A stretch of DNA of 64,000 nt from Candidatus Hadarchaeota archaeon (GTDB lineage Archaea; Hadarchaeota; Hadarchaeia; Hadarchaeales; Hadarchaeaceae), in NCBI GenBank assembly GCA_040755315.1, contig JBFMBF010000001.1, forward strand, positions 29,109-93,108. Direction: 5' to 3'. The first letter of the stretch is position 1; the number at the start of each line of letters is the position of its first letter. Below, one piece after another: positions 1-9,630 of this stretch. The position numbers were made by a program, and so were the translations under genes. Under the pieces are notes generated by a model that was not told the origin of the DNA, ran no database searches, and saw only the letters and a program-made list of their open reading frames with translations.

Positions 1-1
1 G

Positions 2-207
2 AAGCGCAACCTTTTCGTCCTCACGCCGGACGAGCACCTCGCCAGACTGAGCGAGGGCGGCGTGGCTCCCCTCGTCCAGACATACGTGGACTTGTGGCAG
101 CTCGGGGCCCCCGCCAGCAGGTTTGTGGAGGAGCTTGAGAAAAGATTGGCGCGCGCACCGACCAAGGCTTTTGAAGAGGTGGCGAGAGCCTTCAAGCGCC
201 CGGCGTG
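2..207 (+). CDS. 3' end of an unidentified protein-coding gene; the 5' part lies outside the window
   Basis: The frame is open from the window edge to TGA at 205-207 and overlaps the convergent rlmE 3' end. No recognisable family. Confidence 0.25.
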
Positions 208-800
208 AAGCCTATCCCGACGATGTACGTCTCGGCGCTTCCTTTCCTGGAAGCTGGTGGTTTGGAAACCTTGACGAATTCAAACTTTCTTTTTGTCTCC
301 GTCAAGAACTCGGCGAAGAGCCCACCTTGGAACACCTTCACCAAAAACTTGCCCCCTGGCGCAAGTAGCATTTCAGCCACCTTTAGGGCTTTCCGGGCCA
401 GCTCAACCGATCTGACGTGGTCGACATCCCAGACGCCGCTGATGCCGGGCGAGACATCGGAAAGGACAACATCTGCCTTGCGCGGGAGATTTTTTTTCAG
501 CAGTTCCAGCGTGGAGTCCAAGGTGATATCCGCCGAAATAAACAGGATATTTTTTTGGGGCAGTTTCTCAATTGGCTGGATGTCAACCCCAAGAACAAAC
601 CCACTTTCGCCCACCCTATCTCCGGCAACCTGGAGCCAGCCTCCCGGAGCCGCACCGAGATCGACCACAACGTCGCCGCGTTTGAAAAGGTGATAAGATT
701 TGTCAAGCTCCGCGAGCTTGTAAGCCGCCCTGCTCCTCAACCCCTCGCGCTTGGCGCGCCGGTAGTAAAACTCCCCCTTCCTTTCTTCCCTTCTACCCAT
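192..800 (-). CDS. rlmE: 23S rRNA (uridine-2'-O)-methyltransferase RlmE/FtsJ
   Basis: N-terminal YYRRAKREGLRSRAAYKL plus LGAAPGGW SAM-binding motif; length about 200 aa. Confidence 0.8.
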   Translation of the reverse strand: MGRREERKGEFYYRRAKREGLRSRAAYKLAELDKSYHLFKRGDVVVDLGAAPGGWLQVAGDRVGESGFVLGVDIQPIEKLPQKNILFISADITLDSTLELLKKNLPRKADVVLSDVSPGISGVWDVDHVRSVELARKALKVAEMLLAPGGKFLVKVFQGGLFAEFLTETKRKFEFVKVSKPPASRKGSAETYIVGIGFTPGA

Positions 801-1221
801 ACTCCACCCTCTTTTCTGCCTTCAGGCTCAGTCCCTTGAAAACTCCTATGGCGCCCCTGAGTAGCTCGTGCAAATCTCTGGAGTAAAACAGGTGGCTGTC
901 GCAGTTACAGTCACTGGACCCGAAGCCTCGGATTTGCGGAAAAGTTTTAGCCAACCCCTCGGCCACCGAGCACTCCACGCGTTTGTCAGTATTGGCCGTC
1001 ACGACATCCATGGCCTTGGCGTGGAGGAGGAAGTGGTCTATGTGCCAGTGCAGCTTCTTCTCCTTGGAGAAATGGCGCCCCACCCTTTTTTCGATGCTGC
1101 CCAAGGCAGAGCCAACGTATGCGTAGTAACCAGGTTTGAACGTCACATTTTCATCCGAGATTTTCAGCGAGAACTCGTATGGCACATGGCTGAAGAGGAC
1201 GTAGACGCCCTTCACCGCCAT
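793..1221 (-). CDS. DUF123 / GIY-YIG-superfamily (Uri-like) nuclease domain protein
   Basis: GYYAYVGSA motif near the N-terminus and a conserved HWHIDH segment; typical small archaeal DUF123 size. Confidence 0.5.
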   Translation of the reverse strand: MAVKGVYVLFSHVPYEFSLKISDENVTFKPGYYAYVGSALGSIEKRVGRHFSKEKKLHWHIDHFLLHAKAMDVVTANTDKRVECSVAEGLAKTFPQIRGFGSSDCNCDSHLFYSRDLHELLRGAIGVFKGLSLKAEKRVEYG

Positions 1222-1692
1222 TCAGCTCCTGATTGTTCTTTCTTCGGTCGCGCTTTCCCCGGGAAATTCCTCCACAAAAACAGTTATTTTTTTCACGTTG
1301 GGATACGCTGACAGCGCTCTTGCAACTTCGTCGATGAAGACTCTCGCCAGCTCCTCGACTGTTATGTTTAGCACAGGCACCCAGACGACGTCTTCAGTGG
1401 GAAACTCGTATTCACAGTTTCGCGCGGAGACTCTTATTTTTTTCCCACCCTCCAAACGCTTTAGGGATGGGTTGTCAGCCGGCATGAGAAGACGATGGTC
1501 GTAGCTCTGACATATCTTTTCCAAAAGCTGCCTGAGCTCTATAAAGTCCACCACCAGCCCCCGATTGTCCTCCTCCCCTTCCACAGTCACCCCCACCCGC
1601 CAGTTGTGGCCGTGGAGGTGCTCGCATTTCTTGTGCCCTATCACAAAGTGAGCCGCCGAGAACCCGAGGCCCTCTTTCAGTTCTATCTTCAT
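1222..1692 (-). CDS. queD: 6-carboxy-5,6,7,8-tetrahydropterin synthase (QueD/PTPS family)
   Basis: CEHLHGHNW zinc-binding motif. Start placed at the internal MKIELKEG rather than the upstream ORF extension. Confidence 0.75.
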   Translation of the reverse strand: MKIELKEGLGFSAAHFVIGHKKCEHLHGHNWRVGVTVEGEEDNRGLVVDFIELRQLLEKICQSYDHRLLMPADNPSLKRLEGGKKIRVSARNCEYEFPTEDVVWVPVLNITVEELARVFIDEVARALSAYPNVKKITVFVEEFPGESATEERTIRS

Positions 1693-1811
1693 GAGACCAA
1701 ATAAAATGCGCGTCATGGCTAAAAATGGCATGCTCAGGGATGTAGTGCGGAAGAGACAAGGACTAAATGTCTAGCACCCGACGCTCAGTAAGGTTTTTAA
1801 AGCCCCGACTT

Positions 1812-1819
1812 TTTATATT
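1812..1819 (+). promoter_or_regulatory. Archaeal TATA box (TTTATATT) for the thermosome gene
   Basis: AT-rich TATA-like octamer about 34 nt upstream of the GTG start at 1853, preceded by a purine-rich BRE-like stretch. Confidence 0.4.
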
Positions 1820-1852
1820 GATAGCACAATTCAAATGATGTAAGGTGATCAA

Positions 1853-3508
1853 GTGGCAAGTTTAGGGGGACAACCGATACTGATACTGCCTGAGAACGCT
1901 CAGAGGTACGTTGGGAGAGATGCTCAGCGGATGAACATCATGGCAGCGAGGGTTATTGCTGAGGCTATCCGCACAACTCTTGGCCCACGCGGGATGGACA
2001 AAATGCTCGTCGACTCTCTCGGGGACATCACGATAACAAACGACGGCGTCACTATTTTAGAAGAAATGGACGTGGAGCACCCGGCCGCAAAGATGATGGT
2101 CGAGGTTTCCAAGACACTGGAGGACGAAGTGGGGGACGGCACCACCAGCTCAGTGATTCTTGCCGGAGAACTGCTCAAGAAGGCGGAGGAGCTGCTTGAT
2201 CAGGACATCCACCCAGCCCCGATAACCACCGGATACAGGCTTGCGGCCGAGCGGGCATTCAAAATACTCGGGAAGATGGCAAAACCCGTCACAAAAGACG
2301 ACGACAAGATTTTGAAGCAGATAGCCGTAACGGCCCTGAGCAGCAAAGGCTCCGAAGCGCTAGGTGGAAAGCTGGCCGAGCTCTGCATGAATGCCGTGAA
2401 ACAGATAGTTGAGGTGTCGGATGGTAAAGTGGAGGCAGACATAGACAACATAAAAGTGGAGAAGAAGAGCGGCGGAAGTTCTTCGGACTCCCAGCTGATA
2501 AATGGAGTTATCCTAGATAAGGAGGTCGTGCACTCGGGAATGCCTCGGCGAGTCGAGAAGGCCAAAATTGCTCTGCTCAACTTGGCTTTGGAGGTGAAAG
2601 AAACAGAGACGGACGCCAAGATCAACATCACAGACCCCGAACAGCTCAAGAAATTCCTGGAGGAGGAGCGGAAGATGCTCAAGGAGATGGTTGATCAAAT
2701 AAAGAACGCCAGGGCAAATGTGGTCATCTGCCAGAAAGGCATAGACGACATCGCTCAACACTACCTTGCGAAGGCCGGAGTCCTCGCGGTGAGGCGCGGC
2801 AAAGAGTCTGACATGGAGAAGCTGGCCAAGGCCACAGGCGGGAAGATAGTTACCAACCTTAAAGACCTCACCGCAAAAGACCTAGGCGACGCTGAGCTCG
2901 TGGAGGAGCGCAAGATCGCCGGGGAGGAGATGCTTTTCATTGAGGGATGCAAGAACCCCAAGGCTGTCAGCCTGCTGGTGAGGGGAGGGACAGAGCATGT
3001 TGTTGACGAGGTAGAGCGGGCGGTCCACGACGCAGTTTCTGTGATTTCAGCAGCGATTGAAGACGGCAAGGTTGTCGGAGGTGGAGGGGCCCCAGAGATA
3101 GAAGTGGCGAAGGGGCTGAGAGAATATGCTGACACGGTTGGGGGAAGAGAAGCATTGGCGGTGAATGCGTTTGCTGATGCGATAGAGGCCATCCCCAGAA
3201 CACTTGCAGAAAATGCTGGGCTTGACCCGATAGATATCCTCGTCCGCCTAAGGTCCGAGCACGAGAAGAAGGGCAACGAGCATATCGGGCTTGATGTCAT
3301 AAGCGGCAAGATTCTAAACACCTTGGAGAAAGGAATAGTGGAGCCGCTGAGGGTCAAGACCCAAGCCATAAAGTCTGCGAGCGAAGTCTCCGAGATGATA
3401 CTCAGGATAGATGATGTTGTAGCGGCGACCAAGCTTGAAAAAGGAGAGAAAGAGGGACCCCCCATGCCACCTGGAGGTATGGGTGGAATGGGCGGAATGG
3501 GATTCTGA
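1853..3508 (+). CDS. ths: Thermosome subunit (group II chaperonin)
   Basis: N-terminal GQPILILPE, equatorial ATP-binding motifs ([16 protein letters not shown]), and the characteristic C-terminal [11 protein letters not shown] tail. A GTG start is plausible. Confidence 0.95.
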   Translation: MASLGGQPILILPENAQRYVGRDAQRMNIMAARVIAEAIRTTLGPRGMDKMLVDSLGDITITNDGVTILEEMDVEHPAAKMMVEVSKTLEDEVGDGTTSSVILAGELLKKAEELLDQDIHPAPITTGYRLAAERAFKILGKMAKPVTKDDDKILKQIAVTALSSKGSEALGGKLAELCMNAVKQIVEVSDGKVEADIDNIKVEKKSGGSSSDSQLINGVILDKEVVHSGMPRRVEKAKIALLNLALEVKETETDAKINITDPEQLKKFLEEERKMLKEMVDQIKNARANVVICQKGIDDIAQHYLAKAGVLAVRRGKESDMEKLAKATGGKIVTNLKDLTAKDLGDAELVEERKIAGEEMLFIEGCKNPKAVSLLVRGGTEHVVDEVERAVHDAVSVISAAIEDGKVVGGGGAPEIEVAKGLREYADTVGGREALAVNAFADAIEAIPRTLAENAGLDPIDILVRLRSEHEKKGNEHIGLDVISGKILNTLEKGIVEPLRVKTQAIKSASEVSEMILRIDDVVAATKLEKGEKEGPPMPPGGMGGMGGMGF

Positions 3509-3523
3509 GCGGGGGGATCATCC

Positions 3524-3730
3524 ATTTCTAACAAGTACACACGCTATGAAAAAGCGAGAATAGTCGGTGCTAGGGCCCTTCAAGTGGCTATGGGCGCGCC
3601 CGTTCTGGTCGAGCTTGAAAATGGGATGACCGACCCGATAAACATCGCCCTTTATGAGCTGGATAAAGAAGCCATCCCAATAACCGTAGTTAGGAAGCTA
3701 CCCAGCCAGAAAGGTGTCAGGTTTTTCTAA
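3524..3730 (+). CDS. rpoK: DNA-directed RNA polymerase subunit K (RpoK/Rpb6 homolog)
   Basis: The translation ...[32 protein letters not shown]...PITVVRKLP matches the conserved RpoK core. No in-frame ATG/GTG/TTG lies upstream of the conserved N-terminus. The frame opens immediately after the thermosome TGA. A candidate ATT start at 3524 follows a GGGGGGA Shine-Dalgarno-like run. Confidence 0.6.
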   Translation: MSNKYTRYEKARIVGARALQVAMGAPVLVELENGMTDPINIALYELDKEAIPITVVRKLPSQKGVRFF

Positions 3731-3778
3731 GTTTGCCTCGGATTAAAAAGCCGAAAAGAACATTTCTATTTGGTTTCA

Positions 3779-4801
3779 ATGGGCGTGCAGCTAGGCGACA
3801 TAGTGGCCAAGCATGTTTTCAGGCTTGAGCAGATGAGGGGGAAGGTCATCGCGGTGGATGCGATGAACTCCCTCTATCAGTTTTTGTCCATTATTAGGCA
3901 ACGGGACGGGGAGCTGCTTCGTGATTCCAAAGGACGGATAACCTCCCACCTTTCAGGGCTCTTCTACCGCACGGCAAACTTTGTGGAGGCCGGACTCATG
4001 CCAGTCTATGTTTTTGACGGGCAACCTCCTTTCCTGAAGCGCAAGACGGTCGAGGAGCGCAAGGCCGCGAGGGCTGAGGCCTCGGTAGAGTGGAGAAAAG
4101 CCGTGGAGGAGGGGAGGGTGGAGGACGCGAGGAAGTTCGCGCAGAGAGCTGGCAGGGTTGACCAAGAAATGGTGCAGCGATCCAAGACACTACTGGACCA
4201 CATGGGCATCCCTTGGGTCCAGGCCCCCGGCGAGGGCGAGGCCCAAGCAGCGTTGATCGTCCAGCAGGGTGACGCCTGGGCCGCCGCAAGCCAGGACTTC
4301 GACAGCCTCCTGTTTGGCGCTCCGAGGCTCATCAGAAACCTCGCGATAACAGGGAGAAGGAAGCTGCCAGCAAAGGATTACTACGTGGAGGTGTTCCCAG
4401 AGGTGATAGAGCTCGAAGAGGTCTTGCGCGAGCTTGAGCTGATACGGGAGCAACTTGTCGACATCGGGATCCTGATTGGCACAGACTACAACGAAGGCGT
4501 GAAGGGGATCGGTCCAAAGAAGGCGCTGGAGCTGGTGAGGAAGCATGGGTCAGTTTCCAAAATGGGTGATTTGCTTGAGAAGTTCGAGGTGGATCCGGCG
4601 GAAGTCAGGAATATTTTTCTGGAACCCAACGTCACCAAACAGTACAAGATCAGCTGGGGAGAGCCCAACACGGAAGGGATAAGGAGCTTCCTTTGCGGCG
4701 AGCACGACTTCTCGGATGAAAGGGTCCAGAGCGGGATAGACAAGCTGACAAGGGGAAAGGCTGAGCGGGGGCAGGCATCAATCGAGAAGTGGTTTGGCTA
4801 G
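3779..4801 (+). CDS. fen: Flap endonuclease 1
   Basis: MGVQLGD N-terminus, XPG-N/XPG-I catalytic acidic residues, and a C-terminal PIP-like tail (IEKWFG). Confidence 0.9.
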   Translation: MGVQLGDIVAKHVFRLEQMRGKVIAVDAMNSLYQFLSIIRQRDGELLRDSKGRITSHLSGLFYRTANFVEAGLMPVYVFDGQPPFLKRKTVEERKAARAEASVEWRKAVEEGRVEDARKFAQRAGRVDQEMVQRSKTLLDHMGIPWVQAPGEGEAQAALIVQQGDAWAAASQDFDSLLFGAPRLIRNLAITGRRKLPAKDYYVEVFPEVIELEEVLRELELIREQLVDIGILIGTDYNEGVKGIGPKKALELVRKHGSVSKMGDLLEKFEVDPAEVRNIFLEPNVTKQYKISWGEPNTEGIRSFLCGEHDFSDERVQSGIDKLTRGKAERGQASIEKWFG

Positions 4802-5454
4802 TCTTCTTCCCAGCCGTGTTTCCCGACCAGAGGGACGAAGCTGCATCCGCCGTGCTCGGTTATCTTGACTTCATTATCGCCGCGCTTTTCAGCCACTGTC
4901 CATGTTTGGAACATGTAGTCTCGTCCAACTGGGGCGCCAATTTTTCCGTCGACTTTCAGCTGGTCCAGCAGCGGTTTCGGAATCTCCGGAGCGCAGGCAG
5001 TGATGAGTATTCTGTCCCAAGGCGCTTTTTCTAAGTACCCCAACGTCCCATCTCTTACCACGACCTCCACCCAGCCATAGCCGGTTTTCTTCAGGTTGGC
5101 TTTTGCGGACTTTGCCAGCTCCGGAATCCTTTCGATGCTTGCCACAACTCCCTCCCGCCCCACGACTTCGGCAATAAGCGCGGCGTTGTAACCCGAGCCA
5201 GTCCCTATCTCTAGGACTCTCATGTTTTTGGAGAGATCAATGTTCTCCATCATTATTGAAATCATGCTTGGTGCGGATATCGTCTGGTTCTGCCCTATGT
5301 AAAGGGGCTGGTCAGAGTAAGCATATTCCCGGGCGCTTTCAGGAATAAACTCTTCCCTCGGGACCTTTTTGAAGGCAGCGATAATTTCAGGCTTTTTCAA
5401 GTACCCCCACTCGACAAGACGATTTACAAGCTCCTCCCGCTCTTCCTTGAACAT
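4798..5454 (-). CDS. pcm: Protein-L-isoaspartate O-methyltransferase
   Basis: VLEIGTGSGYNAA SAM motif and PIMT family architecture; about 218 aa. Confidence 0.9.
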   Translation of the reverse strand: MFKEEREELVNRLVEWGYLKKPEIIAAFKKVPREEFIPESAREYAYSDQPLYIGQNQTISAPSMISIMMENIDLSKNMRVLEIGTGSGYNAALIAEVVGREGVVASIERIPELAKSAKANLKKTGYGWVEVVVRDGTLGYLEKAPWDRILITACAPEIPKPLLDQLKVDGKIGAPVGRDYMFQTWTVAEKRGDNEVKITEHGGCSFVPLVGKHGWEED

Positions 5455-5507
5455 GCTACCAAAGCAATATCACGCCGCAATCATAAGAAGATTTCAATAT
5501 TAGTTGT

Positions 5508-5684
5508 TCAGCGTTTTTTAGCATGCCTGAGTTCGGGCGGCAGAAGGTGCGGAATCCCATTTTTGATTGGGTAGCTCTGGCCGCAATTGACACACTTCAG
5601 GCTGCTCTTCCCGAGCTTCAGCTCGCCCTTGCAGGAAGGGCAGGCGAGCACCTCGAGCAGTTCTTTACTGATAGCGTCCGTCAT
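5508..5684 (-). CDS. Trm112-like small zinc-ribbon protein (UPF0434/DUF343 family)
   Basis: The 58-aa product MTDAISKELLEVLACPSCKGELKLGKSSLKCVNCGQSYPIKNGIPHLLP shows the Trm112 signature LxxLACPxCKG...C..C...YPI..GIP. It is below the 60-aa cutoff of the ORF track. Confidence 0.6.
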   Translation of the reverse strand: MTDAISKELLEVLACPSCKGELKLGKSSLKCVNCGQSYPIKNGIPHLLPPELRHAKKR

Positions 5685-5688
5685 GGTT

Positions 5689-6135
5689 TCACCTTAGGAG
5701 CAGAAGACCAGAGGCGATGAAAAACAGGGTGGCTTCGGTCGCCAGTATCTTCTTGTTTGTGGTGTAGGTCCAGAAGTCATACGTGAGAATGTTCAGCCCG
5801 CAAAATTTCTTGCTGAAGGGGTAGAGAAGCATCCTCCCCTTTTCATCGATAGCGTCAATGAATATGTGGGTGAACCCCCCCAGAGTGAAGGAGAGGGAGG
5901 CGATGATACCAAACGCCAGGTATAGAGGCACGGATAAAACGGCGAAGAAAAACAGCGTGTGCAGAACTGTGGCGGCGTGGGTTTCGGCCGTGGGCTCTTT
6001 AGGCGGGCGCCCCCTGATAAGAGTTGGGAGGGCATCCAAGCTTGAGATGTTGGCGCCCACAAGCATGGAAAGCAAGTGGAGTTGCGGGATGGCGCCGTAG
6101 ATTATCAGCGGCACCGTCAAGTGTGCGAGTATCAT
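5689..6135 (-). CDS. Membrane-bound metal-dependent hydrolase family protein (DUF457-like)
   Basis: Multi-TM protein with an H-x(3)-D motif (HIFIDAIDEKGRMLLYPFS). Start chosen at the internal MILAHL. Paralogous to 46915..47385. Confidence 0.45.
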   Translation of the reverse strand: MILAHLTVPLIIYGAIPQLHLLSMLVGANISSLDALPTLIRGRPPKEPTAETHAATVLHTLFFFAVLSVPLYLAFGIIASLSFTLGGFTHIFIDAIDEKGRMLLYPFSKKFCGLNILTYDFWTYTTNKKILATEATLFFIASGLLLLR

Positions 6136-6324
6136 TTCTTCAGCTCCTGGCCCATCCTCGCGAGGGTTATTATCAGGTAGGGGATAAAGGGTCCAATCAG
6201 TACCAAAGTGGAGAGACCCAGCTCGCGGATAATCAAGAAGAAAAGGATTAACCCCATGCCTATCCAAGCCGCTATGTAATGGAGGTTTTTTCTACCCCAA
6301 TCCTTGAGATCAACACCTACTGCC
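6132..6324 (-). CDS. Small two-TM membrane protein, hypothetical
   Basis: A 64-aa hydrophobic ORF whose stop overlaps the downstream gene's start in an ATGA arrangement, suggesting translational coupling. No family recognised. Confidence 0.25.
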
Positions 6325-6390
6325 ATCAAGTGGTGATTGCGTGAAAAGCTTATAAACAGTATTCTTTTTGCCACCCCAAGATATTGAGAT

Positions 6391-7413
6391 TTGATGCCGG
6401 AAAAGGAGATTAGGGTGAACCTGAAACGGTTAATCGTTTCAGTTATAGTGGGCGCAGTTCTCATAGTGCTTGCCCTGCTCCTCATCTCAAAGGAGAACCT
6501 CACGGATATGATGAACGCGATTTTAAAAGCAAACTACGCCTTGGTTCTCTCTGCAGTCGGGATTTTTTTCTTCGGCCTCGCTCTATGGTCCTCCCGCTGG
6601 AAGATGATATTGGCATCCGCGGGCCATAAGACAAAGTTTTCCCGCCTATACCCCATACAACTGAGCGGGGTTTTCATAAACAACGTCACCCCGTTCACGT
6701 ACAGCGGCGGGGACCCCATCGCCCGATCTTATCTGTTAAAAAAGACCCACAGTGTCCCATACTCCGCAGGTTTCGCCACGATGATAGGGGAATTCGTCAT
6801 GGATTTCCCCATATTCTTCTCGTTCCTGATTCTCGGACTGGTTCTTGGTTTCGGGACACTCTCGGCGTCAACGTTGTTGGTCCTTTTGGTCGTATGGGCG
6901 TGCGTGCTTTTCTTCTTCATGTCCATGGTACCCCGCGCCTTTTGCAGATTGAACCATCCGAAGATAGCACACTTGATTTACAGGGCCCTTAAAGCCATTA
7001 AAAGGCCGAGGCGCGAGGCCGAAATATGCCGCACATTGAACCGTTTCGTCAATCCACTGCGCATGATAGTTGATAACAGGTTCGCTCTTCCGGTAGCTTT
7101 CATCTCAATCATGATATGGATGACAATAATGATGAGATATCTGCTGATATTTGAGGCGCTTGGCATCCACCCATCCATACCTATGCTGCTCATGACCCTG
7201 ACGCTTCCGGCCATTGTCGGGCTAGTCCCAGTTCTACCCGCAGGGCTGGGGACGGTTGACTTCACCTACTATTCAATCTTCACGCTTTTCAACGTCCCGC
7301 AAAGCTTGGCGCTGAGCGCAATACTGGTGGAGCGGATGATAACTTTTGTCTTGGGAATAATAGTCGGCGCAATTGCTTTGTCATACTTGGGAGTGAAGAT
7401 CTGGAAGAAGTGA
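6391..7413 (+). CDS. Flippase-like / lysylphosphatidylglycerol-synthase-TM-region family membrane protein (UPF0104)
   Basis: About 8 TM helices and a UPF0104-like layout; located next to glycosyltransferases. Confidence 0.55.
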   Translation: MMPEKEIRVNLKRLIVSVIVGAVLIVLALLLISKENLTDMMNAILKANYALVLSAVGIFFFGLALWSSRWKMILASAGHKTKFSRLYPIQLSGVFINNVTPFTYSGGDPIARSYLLKKTHSVPYSAGFATMIGEFVMDFPIFFSFLILGLVLGFGTLSASTLLVLLVVWACVLFFFMSMVPRAFCRLNHPKIAHLIYRALKAIKRPRREAEICRTLNRFVNPLRMIVDNRFALPVAFISIMIWMTIMMRYLLIFEALGIHPSIPMLLMTLTLPAIVGLVPVLPAGLGTVDFTYYSIFTLFNVPQSLALSAILVERMITFVLGIIVGAIALSYLGVKIWKK

Positions 7414-7417
7414 CCCG

Positions 7418-8125
7418 TTATTTCTTGATTTCTCTCAAGTACCCCTTCTTTTTAACCTGTCCCGTCTTGAACAGGCCGAGGTAACCCTGCAGGTACATCT
7501 TCACGGTTGATGCGTGTCCCTTCTGTTTGGTCCTTCTTATTGAGGTAACGGCGAGCATCTTTGGTTCAAATTTTTCTTTCCCGTACTTGTTCATTCTAAT
7601 GGAAAGATCGACGTCGTCCAGCATGTCCAAGTCTTCCCTGAAACCGCCGGCTTTGATGTAAGTTTCTCGGAGATAGGCGCAGCTTGCTCCAGAGAAGTGA
7701 TGTGAGCCAAAGAATGAGAACAGCCTTCGAATCAAGTCTGCGCCTAAAAAGAAGATTATTTTGTCCAAAAAGCTTCCACTTTCCGGGAGCAGCGGGCCGC
7801 CGACGCCGACTACTCCCTTTTTGAAAGCCTTGTCCACGACTTCTAGGTAGTTTGGCGGGACTGTGGTGTCCCCGTCGACAAAAACAACGATTTCTGAATT
7901 GACCTTCCGGACGGCGAGGTTCCTAGCCGCCGTTGCCCCCTTCCCCTCGTCGAAGATTATCTTGTTCGTGTACATTTTGGCCACCTCAACAGTGTTGTCC
8001 TTGCTGTGGCCGTCCACCACCACGAGCTCGTAATCCTTGAAAGTCTGATTTTTGATGCTCTCCAGACACCGACTTATGGTTTTTCCCTCGTTGAAGGTCG
8101 GGACTATCACCGAGATTCTCATCAT
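7418..8125 (-). CDS. Glycosyltransferase family 2 (dolichyl-phosphate sugar synthase-like)
   Basis: ISVIVPTFNEG N-terminus, DGHSKDNT, and a DGD motif; paralogous to the two downstream GT2 genes. Confidence 0.8.
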   Translation of the reverse strand: MMRISVIVPTFNEGKTISRCLESIKNQTFKDYELVVVDGHSKDNTVEVAKMYTNKIIFDEGKGATAARNLAVRKVNSEIVVFVDGDTTVPPNYLEVVDKAFKKGVVGVGGPLLPESGSFLDKIIFFLGADLIRRLFSFFGSHHFSGASCAYLRETYIKAGGFREDLDMLDDVDLSIRMNKYGKEKFEPKMLAVTSIRRTKQKGHASTVKMYLQGYLGLFKTGQVKKKGYLREIKK

Positions 8126-8159
8126 AAAGCCATTAATCTACCATCGTATAGATTTTGTG

Positions 8160-8861
8160 ATGATAAGTGTAATAATCCCAACACTGAATGAGGGCGCATA
8201 TCTAGAAAGGATACTGATCGCAATCAAGGACCAAACCCACCAAAATTTTGAGATAATAGTTTCCGACAGCCACTCGGACGACAACACCCAGGAGATTGCT
8301 AAGAAATACGGCGCAAAATTGGTGCAGTCCGAGAGGTTAGGGCCCGCCGTTGGGAGAAATCGTGGTGCTGAGATTGCAAAGGGGGAAATTCTAGTGTTTT
8401 TGGATGCGGACACGATTCCCTCAAAAAAGGTGCTAGAGACAATGGACAAAATACCGAACGAGAGAAAAGACGTCGTTGGAGGAACATGCGCCTTGTACCC
8501 ATCTAGAGGGAGCTTGTTGGATTGGCTGATTTTAGCTTTAGCCAATGCAGCCCTCAGGTTGATAATGCTTGGTGGCACCCCACAAGATACAGGATGCTGC
8601 AGTTTTTACAGGCGGGAAGTTTTCGAAAAAGTGGGAGGGGTAAGAGAGGATCTTAAGCTCAACGAAGCCCATGATTTGGCGATAAGGACAAAACCGTATG
8701 GAAAATTTATTTACATCAAGGTCCCGGCTTTCACCTCCATGCGCAGGTACAAGAAAGAGGGATACTTAAAAACAATCATGATCTACATCGATGCGGCCCT
8801 GTCCTACTTCCAAAGCAAACAGGTGCCCAAATCAAAGTTTGTGTTCGAGCCCGTAAGGTGA
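8160..8861 (+). CDS. Glycosyltransferase family 2
   Basis: MISVIIPTLNEG, SDSHSDDNT and a DAD motif; roughly 55% identical to the adjacent paralog at 8925..9626. Start taken at the internal ATG. Confidence 0.8.
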   Translation: MISVIIPTLNEGAYLERILIAIKDQTHQNFEIIVSDSHSDDNTQEIAKKYGAKLVQSERLGPAVGRNRGAEIAKGEILVFLDADTIPSKKVLETMDKIPNERKDVVGGTCALYPSRGSLLDWLILALANAALRLIMLGGTPQDTGCCSFYRREVFEKVGGVREDLKLNEAHDLAIRTKPYGKFIYIKVPAFTSMRRYKKEGYLKTIMIYIDAALSYFQSKQVPKSKFVFEPVR

Positions 8862-8924
8862 AAACTCAATGACGGAAGATATTTCGCCAAATATTCTTAA
8901 CCAACATGAAGTACAGGTGGGTCT

Positions 8925-9626
8925 ATGATCAGCGTAATCACCCCTACCCTGAACGAAGGCAAATATCTGGAAAAGTTAATGAAAGCGCTGAAGGCGCAGG
9001 ACAACCAAGATTTTGAAGTAATTGTTTCCGACAGCCACTCGGACGACAACACCGCCGATATCGCGAAGAAGTACGGCGCGCGGGTCGTCCTTTCGGAAAG
9101 GTTGGGTCCAGGCGTCGGCAGAAACGTGGGTGCAAAAGCCGCCAAGGGAGAAATACTTCTTTTCATAGATGCCGACACAACACCTTCTCCACATCTCATC
9201 TCAAAGGTGAAAGCGATGTTGGAAAAGAGAAAAAGCGTGATTGGGGGTACTTGCCAGTTTTACCCATCGCAGGGGAACGTCCTAGACTGGTTCGTCTACG
9301 CTATTACAAACGCTGCGGCGCGGGCGATGATAGCCACCGGGACGCCGCAGGACCCGGGGTACTGCTTCTTTTACAGGCGGGAGGTTTTTGAGAAACTTGG
9401 AGGTCTCAGGACCGACCTGTCTTTCAATGAGACTCACGACCTGGCCATGCGGTCAAAGCAGTACGGAAAGTTCGCATTCCTCAAAGCGCCCGTTTTCACT
9501 TCGTTGAGGCGGTACAGAAAGCTAGGGTATCTAAAAACCATCAAGACTTACTTGGGTTCAACAATTTATTATTTAAGAACCGGCCAGACGCCTGCGGAAA
9601 AGTTCGAGTTCAAGCCGGTCAGGTGA
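8925..9626 (+). CDS. Glycosyltransferase family 2 (tandem paralog)
   Basis: MISVITPTLNEG, SDSHSDDNT and a DAD motif; same length (233 aa) as its upstream paralog. Confidence 0.8.
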   Translation: MISVITPTLNEGKYLEKLMKALKAQDNQDFEVIVSDSHSDDNTADIAKKYGARVVLSERLGPGVGRNVGAKAAKGEILLFIDADTTPSPHLISKVKAMLEKRKSVIGGTCQFYPSQGNVLDWFVYAITNAAARAMIATGTPQDPGYCFFYRREVFEKLGGLRTDLSFNETHDLAMRSKQYGKFAFLKAPVFTSLRRYRKLGYLKTIKTYLGSTIYYLRTGQTPAEKFEFKPVR

Positions 9627-9630
9627 AAAA

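Noticed and set aside
2200-3540. Several minus-strand ORFs (160-259 aa) inside the thermosome gene
   Set aside because: Antisense of a highly conserved gene; the translations are low-complexity Ser/Ala/Pro-rich. Similar antisense or alternate-frame ORFs inside the giant gene (for example 54416..55027, 57214..58128), PAN, GatA and Dph2 were rejected for the same reason.
3506-3730. Stop-codon readthrough fusing thermosome and RpoK
   Set aside because: The shared frame is probably coincidental. A chaperonin-RpoK fusion has no precedent, and a non-canonical ATT start or a local sequence error is a simpler explanation.
5523-5720. 65-aa plus-strand ORF
   Set aside because: Antisense to a well-supported Trm112-like gene and has no recognisable features, so it is most likely spurious.
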